Positions 58,400 to 64,000 of a stretch of 64,000 bases of DNA are shown piece by piece. The DNA is from Polyangia bacterium (GTDB taxonomy: Bacteria; Myxococcota_A; Polyangia; Palsa-1104; JAEUJZ01), in contig JBGAUT010000033.1 of assembly GCA_044228505.1 (NCBI GenBank), forward strand, positions 646 through 64,645, read 5' to 3'. A program made the position numbers and the translations under genes. The notes below the pieces were generated by a model. That model saw only the letters and a list, made by a program, of their open reading frames with translations. It had not been told where the DNA came from and made no database searches. The first letter of the stretch is position 1. Each line of letters opens with the position of its first letter.

Positions 58400-59746
58400 T
58401 TAGGCCAGGATTTCGTCGAGCCCTCGCTCTGCTTCTTCGATCATTTGGCTGTTGTTCAGCGTGCCGCCGAGGATGCGCCCGGTGTTTAGCAGGTACAAGC
58501 GGCGTGGCACAAGCGGAATAGGCAGCCTCAATTTATCGTAACCCACCACGGCGATCGGACTGACAAAGCGACTGCGGAACATTTTGGTCAGCAGAACCTC
58601 GTCTCGACGGAATCCGCGGCGAGTGCCAATGCGCTCGAGCGCAGAGAGAAACGGCTCAGTGAACGCCTCGTCGGGCTTGTCAAAGTCGGGATCATCGTCG
58701 GGAAGATAGCGCGGCAGATAGACCAAGTGATGGCCACCGGTTTCGCTTGGGTCGACCAGGGTGGTCAGTCCGATCACTCCGGTAAATGGCAGCCCCGGAT
58801 CGGTCAAGTTCAGGACGTAGTACGGGCTAAACGCACGCGTCAGCTTCACCACCATGCACAGCACGCCGAGGTATCGAATCGAGCGAGCGCGGGTGAGCAG
58901 CTCCTCGGGAATCGACACACCAGCGCACAGCCTGGGCAAAAAGCGTGAAGGGCCCGTGTAGATGACCCGATCGGCAAGGATCTCACTGCCATCGCGAGTG
59001 CGGACTCGGGTGCTGCCATCGGGACCATCGGCGATGTGCTCGACTGGCGACGACTTGCGAACCTGAACCCCGAGCTTGGTCAGATACTGTTCGGCGACGG
59101 AAAAAACCGGCGCATAACCGCCCGAAATATAGCCAAACGCCTCGCGACGTCCCTCGGCTTGGCGGGTGGCGTAGAGCCTGCGAATCGTGGACCAAATGAA
59201 CGTGGCCGCGACCTCGTTGTGGGCGCTGCCGAGCTTGGCGCGGAGCAGCGGCTCCCAGAACTTGCGATAGACCTGCTCTCCTGCGATTTTGCGGAGCCAG
59301 TCGCTGGCGGTGATGTTCCACAGGGGCGTGCCGTCGCTCACCCGCGATGCGTACAGGATGCTGGCGGCCAGGCGGCTTTTGTCCAGCAGGTCAAGCGGCG
59401 GGAAGCGCAGAAAGTCGAGCGGAGTGTCGAAGCGATGCAAGGTGCCATCGGCATAGAAACCGGTATGGGCTCCCCTCCAGCGCAGCCTGCCTTCGACGCC
59501 AAGACGCTTCAGCCAGTCGATGAGCAAGCCGTCCTGCGGCGTGACCACGTGATAGAAGCGATCCCAACCGATGGGATCGGGCTCGCTTCGTACCGACAGT
59601 CCTCCGAGCGTGCTGCTTCCCTCGATCAGGGTGACCTGGCTGTCCGGGTGTCGCTGGCGAATGCGCTCGGCGAGCACGCAGCCGGTGACGCCGCCGCCCA
59701 CCACCACGAATCGCTTGCCGAATCGGACCTCACTTTCGTTTGCCAT
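58400..59746 (-). CDS. FAD-dependent oxidoreductase (amine oxidase/protoporphyrinogen oxidase-like family)
   Basis: VVVGGGVTG..IE..LGG, DRFYHV, FGYISGGY; start MANESE at 59746. Confidence 0.8.
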   Translation of the reverse strand: MANESEVRFGKRFVVVGGGVTGCVLAERIRQRHPDSQVTLIEGSSTLGGLSVRSEPDPIGWDRFYHVVTPQDGLLIDWLKRLGVEGRLRWRGAHTGFYADGTLHRFDTPLDFLRFPPLDLLDKSRLAASILYASRVSDGTPLWNITASDWLRKIAGEQVYRKFWEPLLRAKLGSAHNEVAATFIWSTIRRLYATRQAEGRREAFGYISGGYAPVFSVAEQYLTKLGVQVRKSSPVEHIADGPDGSTRVRTRDGSEILADRVIYTGPSRFLPRLCAGVSIPEELLTRARSIRYLGVLCMVVKLTRAFSPYYVLNLTDPGLPFTGVIGLTTLVDPSETGGHHLVYLPRYLPDDDPDFDKPDEAFTEPFLSALERIGTRRGFRRDEVLLTKMFRSRFVSPIAVVGYDKLRLPIPLVPRRLYLLNTGRILGGTLNNSQMIEEAERGLDEILA

Positions 59747-59824
59747 CGTGGGCCAGAGTATAGCTGCTCTCAGACGGATTTGGCTCCGATAGACCTTTGC
59801 TGCGCTGGGTGATATTTCAAGCCA

Positions 59825-62104
59825 ATGAACATCGTCTGTTTGGGTGGCGGTCCTGCGGGACTTTACCTGGCGATCTTGATGAAAAAGGCCGATCCGGCGC
59901 ATCGCATCACGGTCATCGAGCGCAATCGACCGAGCGACACGTTCGGGTTCGGGGTGGTCTTTTCCGATCAGACGCTGTCTTACCTGCGAGATGAAGACGC
60001 CGAGAGCTACGACGCGATCGAGCGCAGCTTCTACCACTGGGACAACATCGACATCTTTTACCGCGATCAGGTAATACGGTCCTGTGGGCACGGCTTTGCG
60101 GGACTGGGCCGGAACGATCTGCTTCGCATCTTGCAGCAGCGGGCTTTACAGCTCGGCGTCGAGATTGTGTTCGAGCGCGAGATTCAGTCGGGCGATGTCG
60201 ATGCCTACCTCAATGCCGATCTCGTGGTCGGTTCCGACGGTCTGAACAGCGTGGTTCGTGCTCGCTTCGCGGACTCGTTTCAGCCGCAGATTGACTGGCG
60301 ACCGAACCGATTTGTGTGGCTTGGCTGTACCCAGCCGCTGCCTGCCTTTACGTTTTACTTCGACGAAAATGAGCACGGGCTATGGCGAGTTCACGCCTAT
60401 CGCTACACCCAGAATGCTGCGCCAGGCGAGCCGCAGTCGACGTTCATTGTGGAGTGCACCGCCGAGACATTCCTTCGTTCCGGGCTAGATTCCGCTGACG
60501 AGGATGCGACGGTGGCCTACTGCGAAAAGCTGTTTGCGCCGCGCCTCGATGGTCACAAGCTGTGCAAAAACCGCAGCCTGTGGCGAAGCTTTCCGACCGT
60601 GAGCTGTGCCAAGTGGAGTCACAACAACGTGGTGCTGCTCGGGGATGCCGTTCATACGGCGCATTTTTCGATCGGCTCCGGCACCAAGCTCGCGATGGAA
60701 GATGCGATTGCGCTGGTGAAGGCGCTCCGCGCAGGTTCGAGTTCCCTTCGTGAGGCACTGACAGTCTACGAGTCGGAGCGGCGGCCCATCGTCGAGAGCT
60801 TGCAGCGGACGGCGCAGACCTCGCTCGAGTGGTTCGAGCACAGCGAGCGCTTCATGGAGCTTCCACCGTGGCAGTTCGGGTTCAGCCTGCTGACGCGGTC
60901 GCTGCGCCTGACCCATGAAAACCTGCGTCTGCGTGACCCGAACTTCATTGCCGAGGTCAACGATCACGTCGCGGCCCAATCGGAAAAGCAGGCCGGTATC
61001 AAGGTGCCTCGACATCCTTCACCGCCGCCGATGTTTACTCCGCTGCGGATCCGCGATCTCATCTTGCCGAATCGCATCGCGGTGTCTCCGATGTGCCAGT
61101 ACTCCGCAGAGGACGGCACGCCCAATGATTGGCATCTGGTTCACCTGGGAAGTCGTGCGATTGGTGGCGCGGGGCTGGTCATTGCCGAAATGACCGATGT
61201 CTGCCGTGAGGGTCGGATCACCCCCGGCTGTGTCGGCATGTACAAGCCCGAGCACATCCCAGCGTGGCGACGCATCGTCGACTTTGTTCATACGCAGAGC
61301 GACGCCAAGATCGGGGTTCAGCTTGCGCACGCCGGGCGCAAGGCCGCTTGCAGTGTGCCGTGGCAAGGCGACAAGCCACTTCCCGAACACGAAGCGTGGC
61401 CGATCATCGGTCCCTCGGCGATTCCTTGGGATGAGCACAGCCAGATCCCGCGGGAGATGTCGCGTCGAGATATGTTGGATCTCATCGCTGACTTTGTGGC
61501 CGCAACGGAGATGGCCCATGAAGCAGGCTTCGATTTGCTCGAACTGCACATGGCGCACGGGTACCTACTATCGAGCTTTATTTCGCCGCTTAGTAACCTT
61601 CGCACCGATGAGTACGGCGGGGCGTTGGCCAATCGGATGCGCTTCCCAATCGAGGTGGCTTCAGCGGTTCGGGCGGCGTGGCCGGAGGAAAAGCCGATTT
61701 CGGTCCGAATCTCGGCCCATGACTGGGCACCGGGCGGACTGTTGCCTGGCGATGCGGTCGAAGTGGCGCGGATGCTCAAGCTCGCGGGCATCGACATTGT
61801 TGATGTGTCGTCCGGTGGCACCGCGTACGAAGGTCGCCCCTCCTATGGTCGGCTCTATCAGACCCCGTTTTCCGAGGAGATCCGGCTTCAGGTCGGCATC
61901 GCCACGATGGCGGTCGGCAACATCTCGTCCTATTCGGACGCCAACAGCATCATCGCGGCGGGGCGGGCCGACTTGGCGCTGCTCGCGAGGGCTCACCTGT
62001 TCGATCCCTACTGGACTCGCCATGCCGCAGTCGAGCAGGGCCAGCTGATGCGCTGGCCCGATCAGTATCTGTCCGTCGCCAAGTATCGACCTCGGCTCAA
62101 GTAA
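59825..62104 (+). CDS. Bifunctional anthraniloyl/salicylyl-CoA monooxygenase-reductase (AbmA-like)
   Basis: GGGPAGL, TFGFGVVFSD, GDAVHTAHFSIGSGTKLAMED, and a C-terminal old-yellow-enzyme domain (VSPMCQYSA, HMAHGYL, RISAHDW). Confidence 0.9.
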   Translation: MNIVCLGGGPAGLYLAILMKKADPAHRITVIERNRPSDTFGFGVVFSDQTLSYLRDEDAESYDAIERSFYHWDNIDIFYRDQVIRSCGHGFAGLGRNDLLRILQQRALQLGVEIVFEREIQSGDVDAYLNADLVVGSDGLNSVVRARFADSFQPQIDWRPNRFVWLGCTQPLPAFTFYFDENEHGLWRVHAYRYTQNAAPGEPQSTFIVECTAETFLRSGLDSADEDATVAYCEKLFAPRLDGHKLCKNRSLWRSFPTVSCAKWSHNNVVLLGDAVHTAHFSIGSGTKLAMEDAIALVKALRAGSSSLREALTVYESERRPIVESLQRTAQTSLEWFEHSERFMELPPWQFGFSLLTRSLRLTHENLRLRDPNFIAEVNDHVAAQSEKQAGIKVPRHPSPPPMFTPLRIRDLILPNRIAVSPMCQYSAEDGTPNDWHLVHLGSRAIGGAGLVIAEMTDVCREGRITPGCVGMYKPEHIPAWRRIVDFVHTQSDAKIGVQLAHAGRKAACSVPWQGDKPLPEHEAWPIIGPSAIPWDEHSQIPREMSRRDMLDLIADFVAATEMAHEAGFDLLELHMAHGYLLSSFISPLSNLRTDEYGGALANRMRFPIEVASAVRAAWPEEKPISVRISAHDWAPGGLLPGDAVEVARMLKLAGIDIVDVSSGGTAYEGRPSYGRLYQTPFSEEIRLQVGIATMAVGNISSYSDANSIIAAGRADLALLARAHLFDPYWTRHAAVEQGQLMRWPDQYLSVAKYRPRLK

Positions 62105-62135
62105 CAGCCAACGTGGGTTCGGTCTGGAGCGTGGG

Positions 62136-62987
62136 CTAGAGCAGCCCCCGCGCATGGTGGCGCAGGTGTTCCTCGATCATCGTCGCGATGAAGTAGTAGC
62201 TGTGATCGTAGCCGTCGTGTAGACGGAGCCTCAGCGCTTGTCCTGCCTGTGCGCAGGCAGCTTGCAGTCGCTCCGGTCGCAACTCGCGCTCGAGGAACTT
62301 GTCGGCGGTTCCTTGATCGACCAGCAGCTCCCCAGCAAAGCGATGGCCGTCTGCGAGCAGCGCACACGTGTCGTATTTTCGCCACACTGCGCGATCGCTT
62401 CCCAGGTAACGGCCAAGCGCCAGCTCTCCCCAGGGGACTTCGCTGGGCGCACAGATCGGAGCCAGGGCCGAGCAGCTCTGGAATACGCCGGGGTTTGCCA
62501 GCGCCAAGGTCAGCGCGCCGTGACCGCCCATCGAGTGTCCAAACACGCCCCTTCGATCGGTCGCAATCGGAAAGTTTGCCTCGATGACGGCGGGTAGCTC
62601 GGACACGACGTAGCTGCGCATGCGATAGGCCGAGGACCACGGAGCCTCGGTGGCATCCAGGTAGAAGCCTGCACCTTGGCCAAAGTCCCAGCGTTCGTCA
62701 TCGCCCGCAAAGCGCGCCGACCGAGGACTGGTGTCGCACGTGACCAGGGCCAACCCCAGCTCTGCCGCCAGCCGCTGCGCACCGGCTTTGATGACGAACG
62801 TCTCTTCGGTGCAAGTGAGTCCTGCCAGGTAGTACAGCGCCGGAACTGCGGACGATGGGCCGGCATTCGGCGGCAGATAGACCGCAAAACGCATCGGCCC
62901 GCCGCACTCGCTGCTCCGGTGTTCGTAAAAGCCCTGCATCCCGCCGAAGCACTTTTGCTCGCTGCGGGTGGTGATGCCGTGGTTCAT
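62136..62987 (-). CDS. frmB: S-formylglutathione hydrolase
   Basis: YLAGLTCTEE, GHSMGGHGAL, GYDHSYYFI; TGATG overlap with frmA. Confidence 0.95.
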   Translation of the reverse strand: MNHGITTRSEQKCFGGMQGFYEHRSSECGGPMRFAVYLPPNAGPSSAVPALYYLAGLTCTEETFVIKAGAQRLAAELGLALVTCDTSPRSARFAGDDERWDFGQGAGFYLDATEAPWSSAYRMRSYVVSELPAVIEANFPIATDRRGVFGHSMGGHGALTLALANPGVFQSCSALAPICAPSEVPWGELALGRYLGSDRAVWRKYDTCALLADGHRFAGELLVDQGTADKFLERELRPERLQAACAQAGQALRLRLHDGYDHSYYFIATMIEEHLRHHARGLL

Positions 62988-64000
62988 CAGAACTCGACCA
63001 CCGTGCGAATCGAGGTGCCCGCGTGCATCAGGTCGAACGCTTCGTTGATGCGCTCGAGCGGCAGCTTGTGGGTAATCATCGGGTCGATCTCGATCTTTCT
63101 GTCCATGTACCAGTCGACCAGTCGGGGGACATCGGTGCGACCGCGTGCGCCACCAAACGCCGAGCCCTTCCAGACCCGACCCGTGACGAGCTGGAACGGT
63201 CGCGTGGAGATTTCCTGACCCGCACCCGCGACCCCGATGATCACCGACACGCCCCAGCCGCGATGGCAGCACTCCAGCGCTTGCCGCATGAGCTGGACGT
63301 TGCCGACGCACTCGAAGCTGTAATCCGCGCCACCCCCGGTGAGTTCGACAAGGTGCGCGACCAAGTCACCGCTGACCGTGTGAGGATTCACAAAGTGGGT
63401 CAGTCCGAACTTGCGAGCCATGGCTTCACGCGCCGGATTGATATCGACGCCGATGATCTTGTCCGCGCCAACCATTCGCGCACCCTGAATGACGTTGAGC
63501 CCGATGCCGCCAAGTCCAAAGACGACGACGTTTGCCCCCGCTTCCACCTTGGCCGTAAACAGCACCGCGCCAATGCCGGTGGTGACGCCGCAGCCGAGGT
63601 AGCAAATCTTGTCAAACGGAGCGTCGGGCCGAACCTTCGCCAGCGCAATCTCGGGCAGCACCGTGTGGTTTGCGAAGGTCGAGCAGCCCATGTAGTGGTG
63701 AATCGGCTTGCCCTTCAGTGAAAAACGACTGGTCCCATCCGGCATGAGACCTTTGCCCTGCGTGGCGCGGATGGCGGTACACAGGTTGGTTTTGCGCGAC
63801 AGGCACGACTTACAGGTCCGGCACTCCGGGGTGTACAGCGGGATCACGTGATCGCCGGGCTTTAGCGTCGTCACGCCCGGGCCGACTTCTACGACGATGC
63901 CGGCACCTTCATGTCCAAAGATGACTGGGAACAGTCCCTCGGGATCTGCACCCGAGCGAGTGAACTCATCAGTGTGACAGACGCCGGTCGCTTTGATCTC
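62987..64000 (-). CDS. frmA: S-(hydroxymethyl)glutathione dehydrogenase / class III ADH (5' end beyond the right edge)
   Basis: [52 protein letters not shown]. Confidence 0.96.
   Translation of the reverse strand, partial: EIKATGVCHTDEFTRSGADPEGLFPVIFGHEGAGIVVEVGPGVTTLKPGDHVIPLYTPECRTCKSCLSRKTNLCTAIRATQGKGLMPDGTSRFSLKGKPIHHYMGCSTFANHTVLPEIALAKVRPDAPFDKICYLGCGVTTGIGAVLFTAKVEAGANVVVFGLGGIGLNVIQGARMVGADKIIGVDINPAREAMARKFGLTHFVNPHTVSGDLVAHLVELTGGGADYSFECVGNVQLMRQALECCHRGWGVSVIIGVAGAGQEISTRPFQLVTGRVWKGSAFGGARGRTDVPRLVDWYMDRKIEIDPMITHKLPLERINEAFDLMHAGTSIRTVVEF

Noticed and set aside
1-64000. rRNA, tRNA and integron attC sites
   Set aside because: None recognised by eye; tRNAscan-SE, Infernal and IntegronFinder would be needed to exclude them formally.

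Overview
GC-rich bacterial chromosomal segment, most likely Myxococcota (a MYXO-CTERM-type protein, a Pkn-type Ser/Thr kinase, Cys-rich repeat lipoproteins, several sigma-54 systems). About 45 CDS. Housekeeping and metabolic genes include recQ (cut by the left edge), maf, a PlsB-like acyltransferase, pntAB, an acyl-CoA synthetase, can, moeB, an ErpA/IscA-type protein, an abmA-like flavoprotein, frmB and frmA (cut by the right edge). I saw no rRNA, tRNA or CRISPR. The main structural observations are: (1) a Cys/Gly-rich exported-protein gene is split by a 5,032-bp insertion that carries no recombinase and is bounded by a 15-bp quasi-palindromic direct repeat, AGTCCACATCGGACT (3871-3885 and 8903-8917); removing it restores one 579-aa ORF. 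(2) A two-gene ABC/AAA ATPase + PD-(D/E)xK-like nuclease module (candidate defence system) has its ATPase gene interrupted by an intact ISL3 element (42382-43733, 23-bp IRs, 8-bp TSD ACGCCGGG). (3) A non-coding ~42-bp-period degenerate array lies directly downstream of that module. Other oddities are a GpsA homologue lacking its catalytic residues, a desaturase fused to a methyltransferase-like domain and coupled to psd, a 1315-aa protein with five carbohydrate-binding-type modules, and a small lipoprotein with a phage-type S74 chaperone domain. All functional calls come from motif recognition by eye; no database searches were run.
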